Of a stretch of DNA of 64,000 bases, positions 31,003 through 40,010 are shown one piece after another. How positions within the stretch are numbered: the stretch's first letter is position 1; every line of letters starts with the position of its first letter. The notes under the pieces are model-generated. The model saw only the letters and a program-made list of their open reading frames with translations. It searched no databases and had not been told where the DNA came from. The DNA is from an uncultured Armatimonadetes bacterium (GTDB taxonomy: Bacteria; Armatimonadota; UBA5829; DTJY01): the NCBI GenBank assembly GCA_963717145.1, contig OY970325.1, positions 1,344,001 through 1,408,000 of the forward strand. The letters are read 5' to 3'. The translations under genes were made by a program, and so were the position numbers.

Positions 31003-31012
31003 CGGGGTTTCT

Positions 31013-31447
31013 ATGCCAAACGTCCACAAAGACTTTCACGGGTGCTTCAGTTTCGGGCTGAAGTTCCTGCTCGAAAACTACGGGCCCGCCGAGATGCAGG
31101 AGTACCTGCGCCGCGTCGCTCGCACCGTCTACGCGCCTCTGATCGAGTCGATCCGGGATCGAGGACTCCCGGCGCTGGAGGATCACTGGCGCGCGGTCAT
31201 GTCGATCGAGGAGGCGGATTTCGACCTTCACTTCACGGACGACGACAGGCTCGTGCTCCAGGTCAGGGAGTGCCCGGCGATCACTCACATGCAGGCGCGC
31301 GGATACAAGGTGTGCCCGCGGTTCTGCAAGGCGACCCGCATCGTGAACGATGAGATCTGCCGACGCGCAGGGTACATCTCTGAGATCACCTACGATCAGG
31401 ACACCGCGTCCTGCACTCAGCGGTTCCGGAAGGAGGCCGACCGATGA
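31013..31447 (+). CDS. Small Cys-containing protein, V4R/ATC-hydrolase-like fold (tentative)
   Basis: ECPA...CPRFC...C pattern; paralogous to next gene; ATGA coupling. Confidence 0.65.
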   Translation: MPNVHKDFHGCFSFGLKFLLENYGPAEMQEYLRRVARTVYAPLIESIRDRGLPALEDHWRAVMSIEEADFDLHFTDDDRLVLQVRECPAITHMQARGYKVCPRFCKATRIVNDEICRRAGYISEITYDQDTASCTQRFRKEADR

Positions 31448-31881
31448 TCTCCTGCACCGAGTTCATCATGGCCTACAGCGAGTTGTTCGCGTTCATCGAG
31501 GAACGCCATGGCAAGGACGAGCTGATCCGCTTCTGGGAGGAGTTGGCCGACGAGTTTCTCTTCAACCTGCGCGACCTCGTGGCCGAGAAGGGCTTCGAGG
31601 GGATGCAGGAGTACTGGGGCCACACGCTCTCCGAGGAGGGCGCGGACTGCCGGATAGTGCTCACGGATGATGAGTTCCGCCTCGAGATGAACGAATGCCC
31701 GTCGGTGGCGATTCTCCGTCGGAACGAGCATCTCACGCCCTACCCCGACTACTGCGAGCACTGCAAGGTGCTCTACCGCCGGGTGATCGAGCCGTTCGGG
31801 TTCAAGTGCGAGACGACGGTGCTCGATCCCGTGATGGGTCGGTGCGTGCTTCGGATGACGAGGGAGGGAAATGGAAAATGA
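31444..31881 (+). CDS. Small Cys-containing protein, V4R/ATC-hydrolase-like fold (tentative)
   Basis: ECPS...YCEHC...G.C pattern. Confidence 0.65.
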   Translation: MISCTEFIMAYSELFAFIEERHGKDELIRFWEELADEFLFNLRDLVAEKGFEGMQEYWGHTLSEEGADCRIVLTDDEFRLEMNECPSVAILRRNEHLTPYPDYCEHCKVLYRRVIEPFGFKCETTVLDPVMGRCVLRMTREGNGK

Positions 31882-32927
31882 AACATGCAAACTGTAAAAT
31901 GAAAAAGGGGACATGGGGCTGGATTTTGCCTTTTGCACTTTGCATTTTGCACTTTTCATTTCCCCTATGCGCAAAGTCCGCGCCGTCGATCGCGTGGCAG
32001 CGCGGCCCCGATATGCCGAGCGCCCATGACTACCTCGGGTGCGGAGTGATGGACGGCCTCTTCGTCGTCGCGGGCGGGGCCTACTGGGAGCACGATCAGA
32101 AGCATTACGGCCGGGGGACGATCGCATACTCGCCGATCCAGGGCCGATGGATCACGCTCCCCGACCTCCCGAAGTCGGGCGCATACGGGGCGTCCGCGGT
32201 GATCGATGGCCAACTCGTGATCGCGGGCGGCGCGGATTCGACAGGCGCCCTCAAGTCGTGCTTCCGGCTCAGGCGCGTCGACGGACGGCTGAGATGGGAT
32301 TCGCTCCCCGATCTCCCCCGACCGATCTGGGGCGCATCGGGGGCGGCGCTCGGTAAGCGATTCTACGTCGTTGGCGGCGCGCCGGGAATGGACCCACAGG
32401 CTCTCAAGGGCGCTCATCCGAGCCTCCTTATGCTCGATCTCTCGGCGGTCCGGCCCGAATGGGTCGAGTTCGTCGGCCCCACCCTGCCCGCGGGTCGAGT
32501 CGGCGCGGCATCGGCAGTCGTCGGCACGAAGCTCTTCGTCTTCGGGGGATATGGGCTTCAGGCGGACCGCGCGCTCGGCAACTTTGCGGATGCGCACATG
32601 ACCGATCTGGGTGAGAATCCGCGGACTTGGATGCGGATCAAGGCCATGCCGCTCACCATGAGATGGTCGTCCGCGCGAGCGATCGACGATCGGTACGTAA
32701 TGATTGCCGGCGGATATGCCGAGAGTCAAAGCAGCGGGTTCCTTGATAAGGTCTGGTTCTATGACACGACGGACGACCAGTACTTGCCCTGTGATCCCCT
32801 ACCCCTGCCGGTCGCCACAATGGCCTCGTGTGTGGGCGGCGATGGAACGATCTACCTCGCAGGTGGAGAAGATGCCTTGCGCCGCCGCTCGTCGGCGTTC
32901 TTCGTCGGCCGGCTCGGAGACCGGTAG
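31878..32927 (+). CDS. Secreted Kelch-repeat beta-propeller (NanM/galactose oxidase-like)
   Basis: Six GG-containing Kelch repeats (VVAGG, IAGG, VVGG, VFGG, IAGG, LAGG); ATG overlaps previous TGA. Confidence 0.82.
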   Translation: MKHANCKMKKGTWGWILPFALCILHFSFPLCAKSAPSIAWQRGPDMPSAHDYLGCGVMDGLFVVAGGAYWEHDQKHYGRGTIAYSPIQGRWITLPDLPKSGAYGASAVIDGQLVIAGGADSTGALKSCFRLRRVDGRLRWDSLPDLPRPIWGASGAALGKRFYVVGGAPGMDPQALKGAHPSLLMLDLSAVRPEWVEFVGPTLPAGRVGAASAVVGTKLFVFGGYGLQADRALGNFADAHMTDLGENPRTWMRIKAMPLTMRWSSARAIDDRYVMIAGGYAESQSSGFLDKVWFYDTTDDQYLPCDPLPLPVATMASCVGGDGTIYLAGGEDALRRRSSAFFVGRLGDR

Positions 32928-32975
32928 CCTGCGATCGGCGGGCCTGTCCCCAGCGAAGTTCGAGGAGTTATCGAA

Positions 32976-33206
32976 GTGATGACCCGTGAATATACAGTAG
33001 TGCTGACTCCGGAGCCTGAGGGAGGGTTCACGATCACCGTACCGGCACTGCCCTGCTATGTCGGACATGCGGAGACGGAGGAAGAAGCCCTCACGCTTGC
33101 CGAAGAAGGCATCAAGTTCCACATAGACTCGCTTATCGCAGAGGGACAGCCGGTGCCGGAGGAAGTCAACGCGCTTCGCGTCCTCAGACTCAGAGTGGCC
33201 GCGTAG
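32976..33206 (+). CDS. hicB: HicB family antitoxin-like protein (single domain)
   Basis: YTVVL.PE.EGGF...VPALP.....ETEEEAL..A.E.I......L...G.PVP. Confidence 0.85.
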   Translation: MMTREYTVVLTPEPEGGFTITVPALPCYVGHAETEEEALTLAEEGIKFHIDSLIAEGQPVPEEVNALRVLRLRVAA

Positions 33207-33266
33207 CCCAGCGTCTTCGCTCCTTGATCTCGATCGAGGTGATGAACATTGAGTAGGCCAGCACGC

Positions 33267-33704
33267 TCAAGGTGTCTTCGCGTAATACATCCCAAAGTCA
33301 GGGTTTCGGATGAGACGCACCTCTCCTCTCGCCACCGTCACTGGCAATCCAATACTGGTAAGCTTTTCAAGCGGATATCGCATCGACGCGTCGGGGTCCG
33401 GCACGTATAAGTAGCCGAACAGTTCTAAGCGCGGGAGCGCATCCTGGTTGTCCACGAACGCCCATGTGCCCTTATTCCTGACTTTCGCATGCTTGCCCTT
33501 GGGACTGAACTCCTGTACGTACGTGCCGTTCGCCAGCAACTGAAGCGTTTCCGTCCCATGATTCCGGCCATTATATGCGTGCGAGATTGCGTAGTTACCG
33601 ACCACCATGCTCTTGGTGGCTCTGGGTCCACAACTGGTACAGATGACTGCCATCACTGTCACCACGACCGCCATGAACGTGATGCCTGTGCTCCGTCTAA
33701 TCAC
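33267..33704 (-). CDS. Hypothetical lipoprotein
   Basis: Lipobox-like CTSC; VGNY...ETLQLLANGTYVQ...GTW beta-barrel-like pattern; lower GC. Confidence 0.65.
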   Translation of the reverse strand: MIRRSTGITFMAVVVTVMAVICTSCGPRATKSMVVGNYAISHAYNGRNHGTETLQLLANGTYVQEFSPKGKHAKVRNKGTWAFVDNQDALPRLELFGYLYVPDPDASMRYPLEKLTSIGLPVTVARGEVRLIRNPDFGMYYAKTP

Positions 33705-33743
33705 CTTGATCCTCCATCGATCTGATCGACACCGAACCCCTGG

Positions 33744-35138
33744 CTAGCGGAACCTCACCGAGTACAGGTCCGCGTCCTTCATCTTCACACGCAAGCGCAC
33801 GGGCTCGCCGGCGAGGGATGAGAGGTCGCTGCCACCCTTCCACTTCACCACCCGCTCGATCTCGTCGCCGTAGATCGGCGGGCAGTCGTCCATCGTGAAG
33901 CCCGGGATCGGCTCACTGGCAGCGTCCTGGATCTCGACGACGACCCCGCCGGGAGCGGAGGTCGAGTAGTTGATCACCAACTCCTTGCCCGCGAACGTGA
34001 GCGGCTTCGTGACGAACTCCCCTCCCCCATAGCCCGCGTTGATCGAGACGAAGCCATCGGTGCGGACGGTCGTGCGGACCATGTGCGCGCTCGTATGGCG
34101 ATAGTGCTGAGAGTAGTAGATGGAGATCTCGCCCGGCTTCAGCTCGAGGATCCCCCAGGCGGCCATCACATTGCGATCGGTCCAGTTCATCGGATCGAGG
34201 CCGGGGCGCATGAAGGCTTCGGGCCAACGATGGAAGGTCATGCCGTCCCGGCTGCTCATGAACACACCGTCGGAGACGCCATCGATGGGATGAGACTCGA
34301 TCGCCTTCCGCCCGAGGACGATGCGCTTCGGGAAGCCGAGGTATATGTGCGGCGCGCGGAAGTATGGGGTAATCGCGTTCGTGTAAAGCTGCTCGGGGGG
34401 CGCTCCCGTGTACTCCACCCATACGGGCGCGGACCAGTGCACGAAGTCCTTCGAGGTAGAGCACTTGATCTCGCGGAGGTGGTTCCGATAGCCCCTGAAG
34501 TAGCAGACGTACTCCCCGCGCCTGGCGTCCCAGAAGGCCAGGTTGTGCGAGTCGAAGTTGCCGTCGGTGATGACGGGCTGATCACCGATCTGCTTCCATC
34601 GGTATCCATCGGGGGATGTGTAAGCGAAAAGCGCGTTCCCTGTGCCCTCGGCGTTCATCGGGGCGACGGCCTTATACTGCTCCTCAGGCTTGGCGCCGGG
34701 ATTGGAATCCTTGAACGGTGAAAACGCGTGACCGCCCGCGACCATCCAGACGATGTTGTTCTCCTTCGAGCCGTCGAAGTCGAAGAGCCCGAGCTTCGGC
34801 CGCGTGAAGTGGATTCCGTCAACACTCTCAGCGACACAGGTGAATTCGGGATGCTTGACCGTGCCCGATGAGCCGCGGTAGTACATGCGGTACTTGCTGC
34901 CATCATGGAACACGGTCACGTAGGCGCTCGTATCGCCCTCCCAGGGTGCGTCGAAACGGAATACCTCCTCTTGCGGGACGGGATGATGGAGCATCAACTC
35001 AACGCCATCCATCTTCTCGATCAGGTGGTCGTCCCACAGCGGCTCGAGGTGCGATCCGATGTCGATGGCGAGCTGGGCTTGGACCGCCGATACCAACATG
35101 GCGAGCGATATCATGAGCAGAACCCTCCCGGTGTGCAT
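33744..35138 (-). CDS. Secreted putative glycoside hydrolase (five-bladed beta-propeller-like)
   Basis: Start ATG 35138 with signal peptide; repeated S.DG..W/F boxes; YRMYYRG, FDSHN. Confidence 0.7.
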   Translation of the reverse strand: MHTGRVLLMISLAMLVSAVQAQLAIDIGSHLEPLWDDHLIEKMDGVELMLHHPVPQEEVFRFDAPWEGDTSAYVTVFHDGSKYRMYYRGSSGTVKHPEFTCVAESVDGIHFTRPKLGLFDFDGSKENNIVWMVAGGHAFSPFKDSNPGAKPEEQYKAVAPMNAEGTGNALFAYTSPDGYRWKQIGDQPVITDGNFDSHNLAFWDARRGEYVCYFRGYRNHLREIKCSTSKDFVHWSAPVWVEYTGAPPEQLYTNAITPYFRAPHIYLGFPKRIVLGRKAIESHPIDGVSDGVFMSSRDGMTFHRWPEAFMRPGLDPMNWTDRNVMAAWGILELKPGEISIYYSQHYRHTSAHMVRTTVRTDGFVSINAGYGGGEFVTKPLTFAGKELVINYSTSAPGGVVVEIQDAASEPIPGFTMDDCPPIYGDEIERVVKWKGGSDLSSLAGEPVRLRVKMKDADLYSVRFR

Positions 35139-35227
35139 GAGTGCCTCCATGGAAATGGCGAATTGCCGCTGGGATTCTACCACTGGAAGGGCAGGTACGG
35201 CAAATGGCAGGACCCCTGCCGGCGTCC

Positions 35228-37237
35228 CTACGGCCAGGGGAATGCCGGGGTTGGCGCGCCGGTCAGCATCCCGATCACCGCCCAGACCACAGCCATCCCG
35301 AACTCGCCGATGACCATCCCGAGGAACCACGGCCGCGCCTTCATATAGAGGCTCATCCCGCCGTATCGCAGGATCAGCGATTTGACCAGCCATGCGACGA
35401 GGCAGGAGAACCAGAAGACCGACGTCGTCCACGAGATGCAAAGCGCGTATCCGAGCGGGTGGAACGGCCACCAGAAGAACATCGCCCGCATGTAGGACAG
35501 GAAGATGGTGACGATTATCCCCACGGCGAAGAAGACCGGCGCCTGCCACGTGAGCGCAGTCGTGCCGGCCATGTGCGTCTGGTATTCGCTGAAAGCCCAG
35601 ACCGGGTTGCCCTGATACGTGTACCAGTACATCGTGATCGCACCCTTGTGATACGGCAGCCACAATTGCAGGAAGCCCGCGACCCCGAGCGCGGCGATAA
35701 TGGCGATACCGAAGACCGGGAGGAATGCCCTCCGCCGGACGTTGCTCCCATCGGCGATCTTCAGGCCGTCGAGGAATCCCGTCAGCAGCAGGCCTCTCTG
35801 GTCGCGCAGGAATGCACCGTCGAAGAAAGTCAGCATCATGATGTTCGACGAGCCGAGCGTATGGACCGGCGCGAACATGCGATAGAAGTCGATCGGCCGG
35901 AAGCTGGTCTCCGTCATCAGCATCCCCGCCTCAGCCGTGCTCCTGGCCATCACGAGCGCGATGATGAAGATGAAGACGCCGAACTCCAGCAGCGCGACCC
36001 AGAGCGACATACCTGCCAGGAGGCACCATCCCATGATGAGCGCGAGACTGAGGAAGAGCCCCCAGAAGGCGACGCTGTATGGCATCATCTCCTGGCTGTC
36101 GTCGACCTTCTCCTGCCCGAGCGCGGCACGAACGACGCTCTTCAGGTGCGGACGTGATACATAGACCAGGTAGGCCGCCAGGACGACATATGCACCGACG
36201 ACCTGATAGCCGATGAAGAGCGGGGTGCCGTACATCGGCATGACCTGCGGCTCCATGTTGAATGATGTGGCGACGACGTCCTGCACTCGCGCAAGGATCG
36301 CAAAGAACCAGAGAGCGAACAGCAGGTCCGATGGCAGCAGGAAGAAGAACCCGATCGCCGCGAAAGAAAGGTATGCTGTCGTGAAGTACATGGTATCCCA
36401 CGGTGGATTCACCAGGTATTCATTGATGCTCCGGCTCAGCAGTATCTGGGGAATGTTCGGATACCAGTTGTGAAGCCCGTTGAACGCGAATATCACCGCC
36501 GGAAGGGCCACTCCGCCCCAGAAGAGCTTGCTGCCAAAGAGAGATGTACCCGAGCCTTCGCGGACTAGTTCCAGCGGCGGCTGAACGAGCGGGAAGGCCA
36601 GCTTCTCGTTGTCTACCCACTGACGCCGGAGGATGCTCGCCAGGCAGAGGAACGCGAAGATGATCAGCAGGACCAGAATGCCCCACGCAACGAGAGGTAC
36701 CAGCCACGCGCCCCACGGGATGCTCTCACCGCCCCGCAGGCCCTCGTAGAACCTCTGTGCGGTAAGCTGCGGCTCCGTGCTCTGCGGGTCGAAGGGGACC
36801 ATCCACTTCTTCATATGTGGGAAGAAGAGTTCCTGCCAGCGATTGGCGACGTTGGAGAAGTAGCTCGGCGTAACCAGCAGCGGGATGATCTTCTCCATCA
36901 CGCCTCGCGAGGAGACCATCGATGCCACCAGCATCATGCAGTAGATCATCATCAACTCGCCCGCGCTGAGGCCGAATGCCCGGCGCAGGCGCTGCATGCC
37001 CTTGTTCAGAAGCATCAGGAAGAAGAATATGCCGATCACGGCAGGCGGCATCTGGAGGAAGCCGATCTGGATGCTCATGATGACCAGTTCGGCATACGAG
37101 ACTACGAAGCACACGAGGGCGACGAGCATCAGGCCGATGATGATCGCCCGCAGGGAGATACCAGTGCGACCGCCGGCGCTCTCCGGCGGTATGGATACGG
37201 GTACTGGTGCTTTCTGGTCCGGGCCGGAAGCTGGCAT
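35228..37237 (-). CDS. DUF6785/DUF6784-type polytopic membrane protein (putative transporter)
   Basis: LRRQWVDNEKLAFPLVQ.P and WWPFHPLGY motifs; many TM helices. Confidence 0.8.
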   Translation of the reverse strand: MPASGPDQKAPVPVSIPPESAGGRTGISLRAIIIGLMLVALVCFVVSYAELVIMSIQIGFLQMPPAVIGIFFFLMLLNKGMQRLRRAFGLSAGELMMIYCMMLVASMVSSRGVMEKIIPLLVTPSYFSNVANRWQELFFPHMKKWMVPFDPQSTEPQLTAQRFYEGLRGGESIPWGAWLVPLVAWGILVLLIIFAFLCLASILRRQWVDNEKLAFPLVQPPLELVREGSGTSLFGSKLFWGGVALPAVIFAFNGLHNWYPNIPQILLSRSINEYLVNPPWDTMYFTTAYLSFAAIGFFFLLPSDLLFALWFFAILARVQDVVATSFNMEPQVMPMYGTPLFIGYQVVGAYVVLAAYLVYVSRPHLKSVVRAALGQEKVDDSQEMMPYSVAFWGLFLSLALIMGWCLLAGMSLWVALLEFGVFIFIIALVMARSTAEAGMLMTETSFRPIDFYRMFAPVHTLGSSNIMMLTFFDGAFLRDQRGLLLTGFLDGLKIADGSNVRRRAFLPVFGIAIIAALGVAGFLQLWLPYHKGAITMYWYTYQGNPVWAFSEYQTHMAGTTALTWQAPVFFAVGIIVTIFLSYMRAMFFWWPFHPLGYALCISWTTSVFWFSCLVAWLVKSLILRYGGMSLYMKARPWFLGMVIGEFGMAVVWAVIGMLTGAPTPAFPWP

Positions 37238-37311
37238 GTCGTCTTTCTATCTGTCATTAGAGCGCAGAAGGGGGATTGCGCTGCTGGTCATTACGCTGAG
37301 GACACACGCAG

Positions 37312-37340
37312 AGTATAGCCGGACGAGACGCGTCTGTCAA
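37312..37340 (-). promoter_or_regulatory. Sigma70-type promoter
   Basis: Minus strand TTGACA-17 bp-TATACT upstream of 37237. Confidence 0.7.
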
Positions 37341-37385
37341 ACACACGCGCGATGTTGGGTCTGGAGTTGGACTCCAGACCCAACA

Positions 37386-38711
37386 TCAGTCCAGAGGGCG
37401 AAGGTCGAAGGAATCGCGGAGACGGAGTGCGGGAAGGTAGGTGCTGCCATTCAGGAAGAAAGTGTTAATTCCGATCACTTGCACCCATCTTTCGACTGCT
37501 GGAGGAGTCAGTCCGTCGCACAACACCCGCAGCCCGATGCTGCCCGTACCATCCCTCACTCCGGAGCCATCATCCACGTAGAAGAAGCCGGTCCCACGAT
37601 CCGTCACTCTTCCCCAGGTCCCGACCAACATCGCGGAGGTGCACAGGCCGGTCGTTCCGAGGGTGTGCGTCACACCCGTGTCCGGCCCATAGAGCGCAAT
37701 GGACTTGGCCGTCATCCCGAGTGGCTTAACCGTCCCGGGATCTACCTCCGTGAACGTCGACACTCGGATCGCTTTCTCTCCGTCCGACATCTCTATCGTC
37801 CCCGACAGGTTGACGATCCAGTCGCGAGGTGGCAATGGGCTTCCGATGAGCTTGATTCCGCTCGACCGCTCCGCGGACTCGATGCGACCACGATCGCCCG
37901 CCGAAGCGGTCACGATCGCCAACTCTACCGATATCTCTGTCCCGGGTGAGGCCTGCCTGGCCGTCGAAATCGTCACCACGGGCGGCGTCGGCGCATCCCC
38001 GTCATAGGCCATGCATCTAATCGCCCAGCCGCTTCCGAACACGATATTGCCCACAATAGAGCCTGTAACGGGGTCCACCTTGGATACGGTGCTACTGCCT
38101 GCGATCCCTGCCACCCACAGATGCCCGGCGCCGTACGTCAATGCGCGGATGCAGTTTGTATCTGATAATACGAACGACTGCGCGATCGTGCCGTCCGCGG
38201 GATTCACCTTCCTGACCCGGGCACAATGAGAACCGTCCACGACCCACAGGAAGCCGCCACCGTATGCGACGTGGAGGATCCCGGACGAGCCGACCGGACC
38301 GACGGAACTGATGAGGTCGCCGGTTGATGGATCGATCTTCGCGATCGTCGAGTTGTCCCTGGCGACCCAGAGGAAGCCGTCACCGTATGCGATCTCGACT
38401 CCGCAGTTGCTGCCCTGGAGGCCAATAACATTCACATCACCGGTCGTGGGATCGGTCCGGGAGACGGAATTGCAGCTGAAGGGGCCAAGGACCCAGAGCC
38501 GGCCTGCTCCGGCCGCGACTCCAAGCGTGCAAAGCTCGCCGCCTACGATGCTAAAGGTCTGGTCGGAGGTCCCGCCGGTCACCGGGTACCGATACAGCGA
38601 GCGGCACGACGACAGGTCCATCACCCATATGGTATCCGCGCTCGCCATGCATGAGCTGAGGACAAGCAGCAGTAAGGTTAGGGGAATGAGGCGTCTACGC
38701 AGGATGACCAT
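37386..38711 (-). CDS. Secreted beta-propeller protein with C-terminal tandem OB-like domain
   Basis: Repeats (V/I)AYG.G.LWV.....V.KVDP.TG; C-terminal WGRVT...FFYVDDGSG...GLRV domain. Confidence 0.72.
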   Translation of the reverse strand: MVILRRRLIPLTLLLLVLSSCMASADTIWVMDLSSCRSLYRYPVTGGTSDQTFSIVGGELCTLGVAAGAGRLWVLGPFSCNSVSRTDPTTGDVNVIGLQGSNCGVEIAYGDGFLWVARDNSTIAKIDPSTGDLISSVGPVGSSGILHVAYGGGFLWVVDGSHCARVRKVNPADGTIAQSFVLSDTNCIRALTYGAGHLWVAGIAGSSTVSKVDPVTGSIVGNIVFGSGWAIRCMAYDGDAPTPPVVTISTARQASPGTEISVELAIVTASAGDRGRIESAERSSGIKLIGSPLPPRDWIVNLSGTIEMSDGEKAIRVSTFTEVDPGTVKPLGMTAKSIALYGPDTGVTHTLGTTGLCTSAMLVGTWGRVTDRGTGFFYVDDGSGVRDGTGSIGLRVLCDGLTPPAVERWVQVIGINTFFLNGSTYLPALRLRDSFDLRPLD

Positions 38712-38795
38712 CTCTTAGACCACTGACGGCGGCGTAAGGACTGTGCTACTGAAAGAAAAGCGATTATCACCAAGTGATAGGCCGGAGACATTATA

Positions 38796-39893
38796 CTAAG
38801 CCGACGCCTTCTTGTCAAGTGCCTGTGCCGCGATATACGCCTGAGTGGATTCGAGAGGCACTCCGTTGAGGTCGGCGCATTCATTGGCGATGCGCATCGA
38901 TTCCTCGACGGCAAGGCCGCAGTCGAGCGCCTTTGGATGCGGGCTGACGAGCGACTCGAAGTTGGCGCGGTAGATACGGGTCAGCACGTCGGGCGGCAGG
39001 GCGATCCCCCGCATGATGCCATCCTCCGGCGGGCCGAGCACGAAGTCCGCTCCCTCGGGGACACGGTATTGGTCCGAGGTCTCGAGCCAGCGCGTGATAA
39101 TGCCGAGCCGCAAACGCGCCTCCTCGTCTGTATGGTTGCTCGATATGTCGGTCCCGAGTATCAACCGGTGTTGATACTTGATGAAGAATTCTTGCGATGC
39201 CTGTACATCTCTGGACATATTGTAGAACATCTCGATCCCCGGGCAGACGTCGAGCTTGACGTTAGGGAACCGGTCGAGAAGCCGTGACGCGCGAGGGAGA
39301 TCCGCCGAGAGGAAGTAGAAGTGCGCGAAGACGATGTTCAGCTTCGGGTGACGCTCCAGGACGTTGCGGACCTCCGAGTAGAGCTGCTCCTTGGGTATCC
39401 AGGTCTCGTCATAGCCCCACCCTCGCTCCGTGGCCCATCCCGGCGTCAGCTCGGGGTACCAGAACTCCTCCGGGTCGTTGACGTGCCAGACGATCGGGAC
39501 GCCGAGCGCCTCGACATGGGCAAAGTAGTCGGCGAAATATGGGCCGTCGATCGGGATGTCGACCATGCGGCGATGCGTCGGCTTGTTCTCGAGCATCTTG
39601 ATCCCGTCACAGCCGATCGCGAGCAGGCGGTCCACCTGCTCCACCAGCGAGGGCGTCACTATCCTGCCGCCGCTCCAGTATGAGGCGTGATCGAGGCTGC
39701 CGAAGACGTAGAACCTGTCGGGGTACTCCGCCTTGGTCGCGAACGCGGGCGGGTTGTGATTGATCACCTCACGCCCGTAGATGCAGACGATGTTCATCCG
39801 CTCGACGCCGACGTGCCGGCGGATGCGCTCCAGGGCGGCCCGCTCGTTCACGTGGCGCAGGTGGACATGGCTGTCGATGATGGTCGAGTTCAT
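38796..39893 (-). CDS. Amidohydrolase family protein
   Basis: IIDSHVH, GIKM, WHV.DP, FAHF, LILGTD; start ATG 39893. Confidence 0.87.
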   Translation of the reverse strand: MNSTIIDSHVHLRHVNERAALERIRRHVGVERMNIVCIYGREVINHNPPAFATKAEYPDRFYVFGSLDHASYWSGGRIVTPSLVEQVDRLLAIGCDGIKMLENKPTHRRMVDIPIDGPYFADYFAHVEALGVPIVWHVNDPEEFWYPELTPGWATERGWGYDETWIPKEQLYSEVRNVLERHPKLNIVFAHFYFLSADLPRASRLLDRFPNVKLDVCPGIEMFYNMSRDVQASQEFFIKYQHRLILGTDISSNHTDEEARLRLGIITRWLETSDQYRVPEGADFVLGPPEDGIMRGIALPPDVLTRIYRANFESLVSPHPKALDCGLAVEESMRIANECADLNGVPLESTQAYIAAQALDKKASA

Positions 39894-39910
39894 GGTTTTC
39901 CTGGTCTCAC

Positions 39911-40002
39911 GTAGTGGCCGTGCCTCCGTGCCGGCCTGCACTGTGATACGTCTCCGCCACGCCATGATACGGTGCAGGCCGGCACGGAGGCACGGCCACT
40001 AC
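39911..40002. repeat. REP-like palindrome, family B
   Basis: GTAGTGGCCGTGCCTCCGTGCCGGCC ... GGCCGGCACGGAGGCACGGCCACTAC. Confidence 0.87.
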
Positions 40003-40010
40003 GTAGATAG

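Noticed and set aside
35139-35663. N-terminal 174-aa extension of ORF 33744-35663
   Set aside because: Overlaps the DUF6785-type gene in another frame; an RBS and signal peptide start at 35138.
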